This document shows, in pieces, positions 53,470 to 64,000 of a stretch of DNA of 64,000 bases (its first letter is position 1; each line of letters opens with the position of its first letter). The position numbers and the translations under genes were made by a program. Origin of the DNA: Octopus sinensis (lineage: Eukaryota). The notes under the pieces were generated by a model. The model saw only the letters and a program-made list of their open reading frames with translations, was not told the DNA's origin and searched no databases. Where the stretch lies: the NCBI RefSeq assembly GCF_006345805.1, contig NC_043001.1:68510001-68574000 (forward strand), written 5' to 3'.

Positions 53470-53660
53470 CTTTACTTTTACTTGCTTCAGTCATTAGACT
53501 ACGGCCATGCGGGTGCACCGGCTTGAAGAATTTAATTCGAACGAATTGACCCCTATGCTTATTTCTTTTTAAGTCTGGTATTTATCCTATCAGTCTCTTT
53601 CACGGGGACGTAAACACACTTCGTGAAGTGGTGGTGAAGGACAAACACGCACACACGAAT
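53470..53660 (+). mobile_element. SINE 3'-part remnant
   Basis: cttgcttcagtcattagactacggccatgcgggtgcacc... is the same motif as at 33062-33140 and 63975-64000. Confidence 0.6.
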
Positions 53661-53767
53661 TGATATATATATGGCCAGATAACCGAAGAGATGGTGTTGT
53701 GGTTTTCCACTTCGGCATCTGAAACTCAGAGTTTCATCTTGACTATTGAGTAATTGTAACATATTAT

Positions 53768-53814
<47 letters not shown>

Positions 53815-53874
53815 GTGTGTGTGTGTGTGTGTGTATGTATGTATATACACATAGGTACAAACATACATGCATAC

Positions 53875-53919
<45 letters not shown>

Positions 53920-54190
53920 CATACATACATACATACATACGACGGACTTCTTTCAGTTTCCAGTTTCCATCTACCAGGTTCATGCACAAGGCTTTGGTTG
54001 GACTGAGGCTATAGTAGGAAACATTCGCCGAAGGTGCCACTGAATCCGGAACCTTGTTCGGAAGTAATCTTGTTACCACACAGCCAAGAAAAATAAGATA
54101 TTTGTTGCAAATATATACAATCAAGAAATTTGTTTTATTTAACAATTTATTTTAAGGTTATTAATCTTGAGTAAAGATTATTTGCCAATA

Positions 54191-54360
54191 TAACATAGCA
54201 GTCCTGGTTTAAGACGAAAGTTGCTGTAATTTAGCCCCAGGAGACATCGTCTCCAGCTGGCTATACGACACGATCTGTGACCTTATACTTTCGAACAAAT
54301 ACACAGATCGTGTCGTTTAGCCAGCTGGAGGCGGTGTCCTAAACCGGGACTGCCATGTTA
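54191..54360. mobile_element. MITE with 21-bp TIRs and 37-bp internal inverted arms, TA-flanked
   Basis: taacatagcagtcctggttta / taaaccgggactgccatgtta (19/21); 54243-54279 vs the reverse complement of 54302-54338 (34/37). Confidence 0.85.
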
Positions 54361-55679
54361 TGTTGACAAATAATCTTTACTTTAGAGTACTGTTGTTGAA
54401 TATCTCTCTTTGAGAGAATTACAAATAGTAATTTTCTATGTTATTAATCTTCTTTTAAAAATTAGTATCCATTTCATTATTTTATATGAGTACCGAAAAA
54501 TCTGAGGAAAAACTTAAATTAAAATATTTCATATAATTCTACTTCTAATACCGATTCTTTCCAGCTTGTTCATTTAGCTTTTTAGATCTTGCAACTCCTT
54601 TTATATTTCTGACAGTAGTGTAATATCATCGGCAAAAGACAAGTCGGAAATCTTCACACTTCCTGGATGAAAATCTAGAGACTACACAGTATCTAAAATG
54701 AAAATCGTACAGTCTTTCAAACTGCTAGAAATAGAAACAAAATCTCCATCAATTTCCACTGAGGATAATTATGGTCGACTTTCTCTTCTTACAGATCTGT
54801 TCTATTTAGACAGGCTTCAGGCTAAACAACTACAACCAGTTTATATTTGATCCAGGTAAGAAGAATGTAGATTGTCTTGGCATAATAGAAATAACAGTTA
54901 AATTTTCTTTAAATTGCATCCTGTGGTCTTAAATAAGACAAGGATACATTCTACATATATCTAAGCAGACACAATATCCACAACTGGAAATTCCATTGAT
55001 TCTTGGAGTACAAAAACCTACACTATTTTAAACAATTTCCCCCATATTCTCTACAACTCAGAATATAATGTCATACTTCAAAACAGAAACACAACTTTGT
55101 ATTAAGGCTTTAGGAGTCAGAAGCTGTGCATTTTCTTCTTACAACCATATTTAACATGTAAACATTAGTTTCTACAGTTTAAACACCAAAATATCTCTAA
55201 ATTGAAAATAGTGGTTCGCAAAAGTAAAGTGGCGTTACTGGACTGTGAATGTCAACAACTCGTCATTATATTCCATTATATATGCAATATATTTCATGAA
55301 CTAGTATGTTAAAGTAGTAAATACCGAATAGATATAGTTCCATTCGTGAAATAAACAGTTTCTTTGTCGTGTGTTCATAACCAAAGAGTTATTCATGCTA
55401 AAATATGAAATTCTAAAACACCAGTGTATGTTTCTATATTTTTATTCCTGTTTATGATATTCCTCAACCCAGACAGACTGGTGAGATTAAATGTAAAATA
55501 CGTATTTAAAATTATTCGCTTCATTTTTTTTAACACTTTACATAAAACAAATTTTCTTACATTTTTAATTTCTGGTAGGTTCTGCTTTCCAATTTCTTTA
55601 ATAAATATATTGAAAAATATATTAAAAAATCAGTTGGTGAAATTATTCCACGTCAACTATTTTCCTGTCATCTTGTTGT

Positions 55680-55745
55680 TGGTGCCTCCTCCTCCTTCCT
55701 TCTCTTCCTCTTACTCCTCCTCTCCTTTTTCATCTTCCTCTTCAA

Positions 55746-55788
<43 letters not shown>

Positions 55789-55880
55789 TTCTTCTTCTTC
55801 TTCTTCTTCTTCTTCTTCTTCTTCTTCTTCTTCTTCTTCTTCTTCTTCTTTTTCTTCTTCTTCTCATCCTCTTCTCCTTC
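55680..55880. repeat. Compound (TCC)/(TCA)/(TCT)n repeat
   Basis: Direct reading; source of the poly-Ser/Lys/Met ORFs. Confidence 0.95.
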
Positions 55881-56059
55881 TTCGAGGTAGTAACAGTAAC
55901 TGCATCGCATATATATTAGTTTGTCCGGAATGCTCTGAGCGTTTTTAAGCTAAATATTTTAATGCTTCATAGAACACACCTGAAACGTAACACAGTTAAA
56001 ACTTTGGCGTTGCTTGAAGTGGTAGTGCATCTCTTCTTTGTTCCTGACTAAAAATAGAT

Positions 56060-56600
56060 TTATCTTTCATTCTGGTTACCCTTTATTGACATTTGAAATT
56101 GATAACCAAAACTTTCATATTTTTAAAAAAGGAGAAAATGCTCCAAAGATTTGCTAAAATATTTGTGAAGTTTATGGTGATAATGCTGTAGGTGAATCAA
56201 CTTTTCAAATGCGGTTTGAAAAATTTAAAGCTGGAGAATTTAGCTTGGAAGATGGCAGTTTCAGTGGAAGACTATCAAAATTGGATGAAAATGTTTTGAA
56301 GGCAAAAATCGAAGAAAACTCAAATATTACGACGACAGAACTTACAGAGGAGGTAAAGGTTTCTAAACGTATGGCTCATGAACACCTAGTGGAGCTAGGA
56401 TACATTTCTCACTATTGTGCATGGGTCCCTCACAAAATGTCAGAAAATAATTTCTTGGATCAGTTTGTGGTATACTTTTTGTGATATAATTTTGAAACGG
56501 AATGAAAGCATGCCTTTTTTTAAACAACTTGTGACTGGAGAAGAAAAAAGAATTATGTATGAAAACGTAGCGCAAAAAGACCCTGGAGTTTGTGTTTGGT
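56060..56600 (+). pseudogene. mariner transposase N-terminal half, truncated
   Basis: FKKGENA..IC.NICEVYGDNAV..STFQMRFEKFKAGEFSLED..FSGR; WVPHKM (mariner WVPHEL motif); LVTGEEK.IMYEN. Confidence 0.88.
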
Positions 56601-56639
56601 TTTATATACAGATAATTAAACGAATAATTAAACGCATAA

Positions 56640-57555
56640 TTTTAGCAAACACAATACAATAGATGACAGAATTCCTTTAGTGATTAAGTGGCAGCGAAAT
56701 TTCGCTGGCATTTCAAAAGTGTTGCATGAAAGTTACCAGTATGTGGCGAAAAAATATCCTCGTTTGAAACAGATATTTCCTCAGCTGCCTATGGTAACCT
56801 TTAGACGGGATAAGAATATAAGAGAGTTATTGACATCTATTTCTGATCAAGAAAAGAGGTAAGCCCTGTTCATTGTGCAACATCATGAGTCAAGTGAATT
56901 CCATCAAGAATCATAACAGAAATGTAATGATTTATACAGAAGGTGGGGCATGTAGAGATTCCCATTTTGTGTACGCTGCAGAATGCACAAAACACAACTT
57001 GATTTACGTTGGTTATACAACAGAACAATTAAACAAAAGGTTTAATGGCCACAGATTCGACGTCAGGCACAATAACAGTAGTTAGACAGAACTTGCCGAA
57101 TATTTCGTTTCCGACGGCTGCAATTTTGAAAAATACTTGAAAGTGCATATTCTCAGAAAATATTCTAAATCTACTTCACTTTCACTTCTCAGAATCAATG
57201 AGAAGAAGTATATTTGCGGTTTATTAACATCACGCCCTGGAGGAAGAAATAAAATGACAGGAAAATACCATCAAATTTATACAAAACTGTTTGATTAAAT
57301 ATTCTTTTCCATTTTCTTTTACTTTTTTCTTCCCTATTTCTTTTACTTTTCGCCTGTTATAAAATTGAAACTTTAAGGCTGATGATGTCATTCCGTCAAC
57401 GCTTGGACGCTGGTTGCCCTCGTTCATACTTTAAATTTAAATTTCTATAATTTTGAATTTTTATCACTTATTTTGAACTTGAAAAAGACAGACTTACTGT
57501 CGAAATATCGTTTAGCCAATAAAATAACAATTACAATCGAATCGCGCTCTTCGTC

Positions 57556-57560
<5 letters not shown>
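56640..57560 (+). pseudogene. Penelope-like element 3' fragment with GIY-YIG endonuclease and 3' terminal region
   Basis: PMVTFRRDKNIRELL; CRDSHFVYAAECTKHNLIYVGYTTEQLNKRFNGHRFDVRH; 3' end gacagacttactgtcgaaatatcg...aataaaa (degenerate hammerhead-like stem II plus GAAA) followed by (TAA)n. Confidence 0.88.
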
Positions 57561-57600
<40 letters not shown>

Positions 57601-58067
57601 TAAACGATGGGCTACAGCAAATATTCTACTCAATGCCACAGATTTTGCTTGTCAGTTGTTTGACCTTAACCAGTTGAGCATGTCCCTTAATTGCTGACAA
57701 TATGTGCATCTCTGACCACGAGCAGAAGTAGTGGGGAAGCATCATAGCCATGTGCTGAGAGGGATTCTTTGGGGTCTGAATACTTCACTTCTGGAAACAT
57801 GGGTGTTTCGTTCTGCATCCTTAAACAACCCTTATTCAGGGACCTTTTGAGCAGGATGGGTTACTCGACCAGAAGAAAATTCTAACTGGGCCTCACCTGC
57901 AAGGTCATGTGCTGTTTATCTTGATATGAGATCCCTATGTCGCGCTCATATGGTTGTGTTGCATGTGCCTAGTGTATCCTTATCAGACGGGTAGGCATGA
58001 TGGGTATACTGGGTTTCGTATATTTTACCCCAGTGTCACTTTGATGGCAAGCACTGCTCTCCCACTC
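57601..58067 (+). mobile_element. Non-coding TAA-embedded element, copy 2
   Basis: Homologous to 49724-50252; (TAA)n on both sides (57557-57600 and 58068-58185). Confidence 0.75.
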
Positions 58068-58083
58068 AATAATAATAATAATG

Positions 58084-58114
<31 letters not shown>

Positions 58115-58146
58115 TAATAATAGTAGTAGTAGTAGAAGTAATAGTA

Positions 58147-58179
<33 letters not shown>

Positions 58180-58380
58180 TTAATATGTAATGGTGATAAA
58201 GAGTGTATATTGGTTTTTTAGAAAACTCTGGAGGAAACGCTTGGATGGAGTTTAAAAGTTGAAAGAAGTCGTTTGAATTGAGAAATTTAATGTGTGGCTT
58301 GGATTAAGGTGTGTGTATTACATTAGATTAAATTGTATAACATATATAACAGATCATTTATATAATTGCTCCATTCTCAA

Positions 58381-58438
58381 TGTAAACTGTCCGACGGACG
58401 GGAACGTGAATCACTGAGAGGCAGCGTTTTAGTTATAT
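58381..58438 (+). mobile_element. Penelope-type terminal repeat, left half (hammerhead-like), split by the LINE insertion
   Basis: aaactgtccgacggacgggaacgtgaatcactgagaggcagc matches 23426-23467; its continuation appears at 62254-62295. Confidence 0.75.
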
Positions 58439-58464
58439 GTTAGTTAGTTAGTTAATTTTTAGGC

Positions 58465-61396
58465 TCAAAAAGCAAAAAGCAAGGACATGTAGGGGGACAT
58501 GGAGTTATGTACAGGGTGGTGTTCATGTAAAAGTTCAGGCCACTTGAGGTCAAGGGAGACTTTGAACCGAGCGGTCGTCAGCATCTTCACCATCTCGTCT
58601 GGCAGCTTATTCCAGGGATCCGCAACCCTGACAGAGAAAGCCCCTCTCCTTCGATTGAGATGAAATCGTCGCAGATAGAGCTTTTCGGAATGACCCCGCA
58701 GCCGACGCACTGGAGCAGGAGTGAAGAACAGCTCTTTCGAAAGGTTACACTTTCCGCTTATGATGTTGTGAGCAAGAATGAGATCTCCACGGCATCGTCG
58801 TTTTTCTAGAGAATAAAGGTCGAGCGTCTTCAGCCTTTCTTCATAAGACAAATTCTTGAGACCAAGAACCATGCGGGTAGCCAGCTTCTGGACTCTTTTA
58901 AGATACTGTATGTCTTTGAGGAGATAAGGAGAAGAGGCTTGAATCCCGTACTCCAATATGGGTCTCACCAGCATGACATAGAGCGGTAGGAATATGACTG
59001 CTGTGAGCATTCCGAATGACCGTCGAATCAAGAACAGAACTCCGCGTGCTTTGTTGGCAGCATGGACGCATTGGGCCAAAGGCGAAAAGGAGGAATCCAC
59101 CAAGATACCCAGGTCCTTTACCTGATCGGTCCTCTCCAGCAGCAGACGACGTGGCTCGAAATCAAGTTGAGTTGCGGGAGGATAGCCAACAGGTAGATGA
59201 CAGCACTTTGACACGTTCAGACACAGGTCCCATTCGTTAGACCATCTCCAAATTTGGTGGAGGCATCGACGAAGATCATCTATATCACCGCGAGGAGCGA
59301 CCAGTTTGACATCGTCGGCAAATAAAAGGGTGTGTTGCGTGAGGTCGTCGGGCAAGTCATTTATGAAGACTAAGAACAATAAGGGCCCAAGCACTGAACC
59401 TTGAGGCACGCTACTGCTCGCACTGGAGACGTCGGACCGCGAACCATTAACTTGGAAGGAGCGATCTGAGAGGAAGGCACCAACCCATCGTACAATATCC
59501 GGATGGAAACTATATGCTTGAAGCTTGACAAGTAATAGGCGGTGGTTTACCGAGTCAAAAGCTTTGGCAAAGTCCAATAAAACGATGTCAACAGCATCAC
59601 TATCATCGAGGATGCGCGTCACCAATTCTTCCATTACCAGTAAATTGGTCAAGCATGATCTCTTTGGCACAAAGCTGTGTTGGGAATCAGAGATAGAGGC
59701 TGTGTTTTGGAGGTGGAGCATCATACTTTTCTTAAGGATGGTTTCGAACATCTTGCTGATTATTGAAGTAAGGGAAACCGGTTGGTAGTTAAGCGGGTCT
59801 TCGCGGCTCCCTTTCTTGAAAATTGGGCAGATTATCGCTGTTCTCCAGTACGCAGGTATAACACCCGTCGGCAATGACATATTGAATAGACGTGTTAAGG
59901 GCTCGCAGATGACCGGAGCCAACGCTTTGATAACCCGTGGGTGTATGCCGTCAGGGCCGTGACCCTTGTTGACATCGAGGCCTTGAATAACGCGTTCGAC
60001 TCCGTCCCGCGTGATGACCAATCGAAGCATTGGAGGTACCGATCTATCAAATGAAGGGGGTTCACGACCATCATCTTGTTTGAAAATAGTTGAAAAAGCC
60101 TCGGCAAATTATTGACTCGGTTGATAAGGGTCCTCAATCGATACGCCTATTGAGTCTACCAAAGTTGCAATTTGGTTGTTCAAGCGGGAATTCCGATGGA
60201 CATGGGCAAAGAAGGTTTTTGGATTGCTACTGGCGTTTGCCGCAATTTTGTATTCATATCTGAAGCGTTTTTCCTTTTCAATTTTCACGGCTCGGTCTCG
60301 TTGAGTTTTGTACACCTCAAAAGCTGCAGTCGAATCCAGATTTTTGAATTCAGCCCAAGCAATATCTCTGAGTCGAAGTTCTCGTTTAACCTTCTTCGTC
60401 ACCCAGGGCTTGTGTTTCTTCTTGGGAAGCCCAACGGGAACTGCCTGGTCAGTCAACGAGATTACATATGCTTTGAGGGTTGACCATAGTTCGTCAACTA
60501 AGGACAACGTCATCAGGGATCGCCAGTCCAGAAGCGCGGAAGCCTCGGTTAGAATTTCAAGATTAATTGCAGAGAAGACTCTACGTGGCAGCGAAGTAAT
60601 CGTGGGCGTAGAAAAAGTTGTGTGCATGACGAACTTCAGGACCGCATGATCACTCTTGGCAAGAGGGGCGCACACAGATACGTCTGATCTTGGATAGCGG
60701 GAGAATGCCAGATCCAGCATAGATGGCTTCTGCCCAGACCGATGCCTTGTCGGATATTCAACATGTTGCGATAGAAAACAATCTTCAGCCACGTCAAGAA
60801 GGGCCTGGCCGAACCGGGAAGATGATGTACAAATTGATGCGGGCCAATCGATTGTGGGAGCGTTGAAGTCTCCTTTGATATTATCAAACAGTCACGAGAA
60901 GCTGAAACGAATCTTATCGCTTCGAGTAAATGAGCATCGTCCTTGGGGTCGGCAAGAGGCGGCCTGTAGACAGCTAATACGAGCAGGCAAAACCCGGATA
61001 GGCTCAGCTTGCAATAGACGGCATCGAATTTTGTTGTAGGTTGAGCATTAGTAGGTAGATTACCGCTGGACGGTTTGAGATCAGATTTAACATACACAGC
61101 AACACCTCCACCTCGCCTTTTTTCTCTGTCACATCTGAAGAGGGCGTAGTCCCGTAGGTGGATTTCTGAGTCCTTTACTGCTGGAGTCAGCCAAGTCTCG
61201 GTGATAGCTATCACATCAGGGGAATCACGCATGGCCAGTGTAAATAGTTCGCTGAACTTTGGAAATAAGGAGCACGAGTTGGTATAGACGATGCTGAGCT
61301 GTGAAGTTTGAGGGGCGGGAATTGGGGAACGAGCTGAATAAGGGGTATCAGAGATAGCATCGTTGACGGGGGTATCTACTTTACTTCGATTCGCCC
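58465..61396 (-). pseudogene. LINE ORF2: apurinic endonuclease plus reverse transcriptase, with one frameshift (~60880) and one in-frame stop (60109-60111)
   Basis: YTNSCSL..K; DVIAITETWL; RCDREKRRGGGVAVYV; GDFNAPTIDW after the shift; GPDGIHPRVIK; LDFAKAFDSVNH; VPQGSVLGPLLFLVFINDLP; LFADDVKL; WNKLP. Confidence 0.93.
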
Positions 61397-62234
61397 TCAA
61401 TTCACTTTCCCTGTCAGCACTACAGCATGCGACCAGAGGTAGGACTTGATTATTTGTCCATCTTGGATGCGTAAACCTTTCTCTCCCATCTGTTTTCTCA
61501 TCTTCAGTTCGGATATTAGGTTTCTCCGGCGAATTCTCTCTCTCAGTGAGTATTCCTCGCAAAAACCCATATTGGGGTCCTCCCAGGCATGCATCTGAGC
61601 TCTGTTCAGAAAGGTTGAAGCCTCCTGATCAGAAGAAAAGATTACTCTTATTGGGCGTGTCTGAGGTTGAGTTCGCTTGGAATCTTCCTAGCCGAGCGAC
61701 CTTATGGATACTGACATTTTCGTTGACAGAGAACAATTCTCCAACTAAAACGGAAACAAAATTTATGTCTTCTTTTAGGCGGTTTATGCCTGTATCACAG
61801 GTGGATTCAGCTTTACCATAAATGATTGCTGATCTTGAGTGGGCAAAATGGTCTTTCTGTTCTCTACTATGAGCTGCGACATTCGATTCTTCGTTGGATG
61901 ATTTCGAAAGGGTAGTTTCATAGCCATCAGACTTATGTCGGCCTTTGGGGTCGATCGGAATGGGTTTAGTGGTCATAACTTTCCCGCCTGGTTTGGAACT
62001 GCACTGCCTCTTCTTCGGTTTCGGGGAGCACCACTTCCCAGATGAACTCACCTCAAGATCGTTCAGAATTGGTTGAGCAATGGCATTAATGGGAAGGACA
62101 AGTGAGGGAGAATCCAAACAGATTTTATCGTGAGCAGGTTTCGTAGCTAAATCTGCCCCACTGGAGTTTTGACTACGTTTCTTCTTTTTGGGAGAACAAC
62201 GGTCTTCAGGTGGGTTTGAGTCTACGCTCCTCAA
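61397..62234 (-). pseudogene. LINE ORF1 (CR1-type), frameshifted near 61660, no ATG visible
   Basis: SAIIYGKAES; KVARLGRF; after a frame change RPIRVIF...YSLRERIRRRNLISELKMRKQMGEKGLRIQDGQII. Confidence 0.8.
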
Positions 62235-62253
62235 ATTAGGTTGGAGACCCTAA

Positions 62254-62295
62254 TATATTTGTGATGTACTTGCAGCTTTAATTATAATAAAGTAT
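62254..62295 (+). mobile_element. Penelope-type terminal repeat, right half
   Basis: tttgtgatgtacttgcagctttaattataataaagtatat matches 23468-23505. Confidence 0.75.
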
Positions 62296-62367
62296 ATATA
62301 TATATACATACATACATCTACATATATATATATATAAGTGTGTGTGTGTGTGTGTAAGTATATATAT

Positions 62368-62433
<66 letters not shown>

Positions 62434-63394
62434 TGTGTGTGTGTGTATGTAAATATATATATGTATGTATGTAAGTATATACATATATATGTATATATAT
62501 GTATGTATTTAAATATATATGTATATGTAGCCACCAATTTCACCAATGTCAGCACCAGATTTTTCAAGCAGGAGTTTTAGTGGTAAACCAAACTGAGCAC
62601 TCATAGTACATGCCTGTTATACTACATCAATTGTAGTGATAATACTGAATATTTAAATGATGTGAGTGTATATGATATAATATAGTATAGTCATTACAGT
62701 TCAACAGATAAACATTTAAATCCGACTGGGTTACTAATTTCCAAAAGATGTAATGGTTGAAAATTGACTGCCAGTGAATATTGATTAAGTGGAAAAATAA
62801 ATATTAGTAATAGTTAAATCGAAAAAACTCTGTAAAAGACAGCAAATGAAAGAAAAGATTAAAATGAGTATGTCCAGAGATATGAATTACAAATGATTAA
62901 AAGGAGTATAATAGATGTCAAAAAGAATGGTTTAAAATTGAAAATAGAATTTAAATTAAATATTAAAAATTGTACATGAAAATAAATTTAGTAAACAATC
63001 ATAAAATATCTCAAAATAAAAGAAATGTAAAAGAGAAGAAATTATAGTTTTAATAATGGAATGAGAAGCGAAGTAGAAAACAAAATACAGAAAAAGAGGT
63101 GGGGTGAAATAATTAAGCAAAGAGTGAAAAGGAAAGAAAACGAGAACCAGAATACCGGAAAAATAAGACTGAGAAGAGAAATAAATGGGGAGAAAAAGAC
63201 TCTCTATTTTATCTTCTTTCATTTATTCGCCTTTACACAAATTGTTTTTGAGTTAACTATTGTCAATATCTATTTCTCTGCTAAGGTCAACCGCCAATAG
63301 CAGTCAATTTTACAGCGTGACATATTTTTGAAGTGCTTATTAGTTGAACTGTAAAAACTATATCATAATCGTATAATTCAATTATTCAGTACTA

Positions 63395-63520
63395 TCACAA
63401 CCCTCAGATAAACGGCCACGTGAAACTCTGAGTAACAGTGTTTTTCAGTTTTAATAAAATAGTACATGCTATTTGAGTGCTATTTTTTCACCTCGTTTTG
63501 TATTTACTCACTTGTGTATA
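63395..63520 (+). mobile_element. Third Penelope-type terminal repeat with hammerhead-like remnant
   Basis: cagataa-acggccacgt-gaaactctgagta-acagt, then aataaa and a tail (tgagtgctattttttcacctcgtttt) resembling the minus-strand tail at 23310-23385. Confidence 0.65.
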
Positions 63521-63798
63521 TATATAGAGAGATACCCCATGAAACATATGTATATTTATATTTTCCTCCCGTTCTGGTCTAACGACCCTCCATGTTTATT
63601 TTTGTTCGGTTTCCTTGTATGTTTCCACTGTCATTTTTTGTTCCCAACTTTGGCCCTCCATAAATCCTAAATTTTGTTTTAGAATTTATGGGAGAAACTG
63701 TCTTTGAAGTCTTATATTGCCCTGTTTTCTATTTTTTCCTCGTGTTTACGTATTTAATGTTATTTGCACCGTTGGTGACGCCCTGTACCCATGTATGC

Positions 63799-63834
<36 letters not shown>

Positions 63835-64000
63835 GCACGCAAACATCTAATATTATATATATACATACGTACACACACACATATATATATGTACATATAT
63901 GTATATATACATGCATAGGTATGTATGTTTATATAAATGTATATATATATAATATGTGTGTATATCTTGTATTACATTTTTCCTTGTTTCAGTCATTAGA

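Larger units (their letters stand above)
58439..62253 (-). mobile_element. Near-full-length CR1-group LINE (ORF1 plus APE-RT ORF2), 3815 bp, (AACT)n tail, 5-bp TSD tatat
   Basis: TSD tatat at 58434-58438 and 62254-62258. The flanks rejoin into one Penelope-type repeat. The element is GC-rich relative to the window. Confidence 0.93.

Noticed and set aside
62248-62253. TTAGGG at the LINE 5' end
   Set aside because: A single hexamer is expected by chance; there is no telomeric array.

Overview
AT-rich, microsatellite-dense metazoan DNA. The SINE families and repeat landscape look like coleoid cephalopod (Octopus-like) genome, which is my inference and not a database result. I found no recognisable host protein-coding gene, rRNA, true tRNA or CRISPR array, and almost all long ORFs in the track are transposon remnants or translated simple repeats. 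The window is a graveyard of mobile elements. It holds at least seven R4/Dong-like RLE non-LTR retrotransposon pieces tied to (TAA)n-type arrays, four of them stacked head-to-tail over about 10 kb (39652-49723). It also holds a near-full-length CR1-group LINE (58439-62253, minus), an RTE 3' fragment, two Penelope-like GIY-YIG fragments with several terminal-repeat remnants, a complete pogo-family DNA transposon, two mariner fossils, a hAT MITE, two foldback MITEs, a probable non-autonomous Helitron and many tRNA-derived SINEs. The most interesting unexplained signals are: (i) minimal type I hammerhead-ribozyme motifs, one with an intact core and a three-copy family with a CCGACGA core variant; (ii) several inverted rearrangements with template-switch signatures, including a 255-bp-arm palindrome and a locally templated inverted capture; (iii) a TAA-targeted retroelement stack with a non-coding TAA-embedded companion element; (iv) an in-frame deletion that removes the RT catalytic aspartates.
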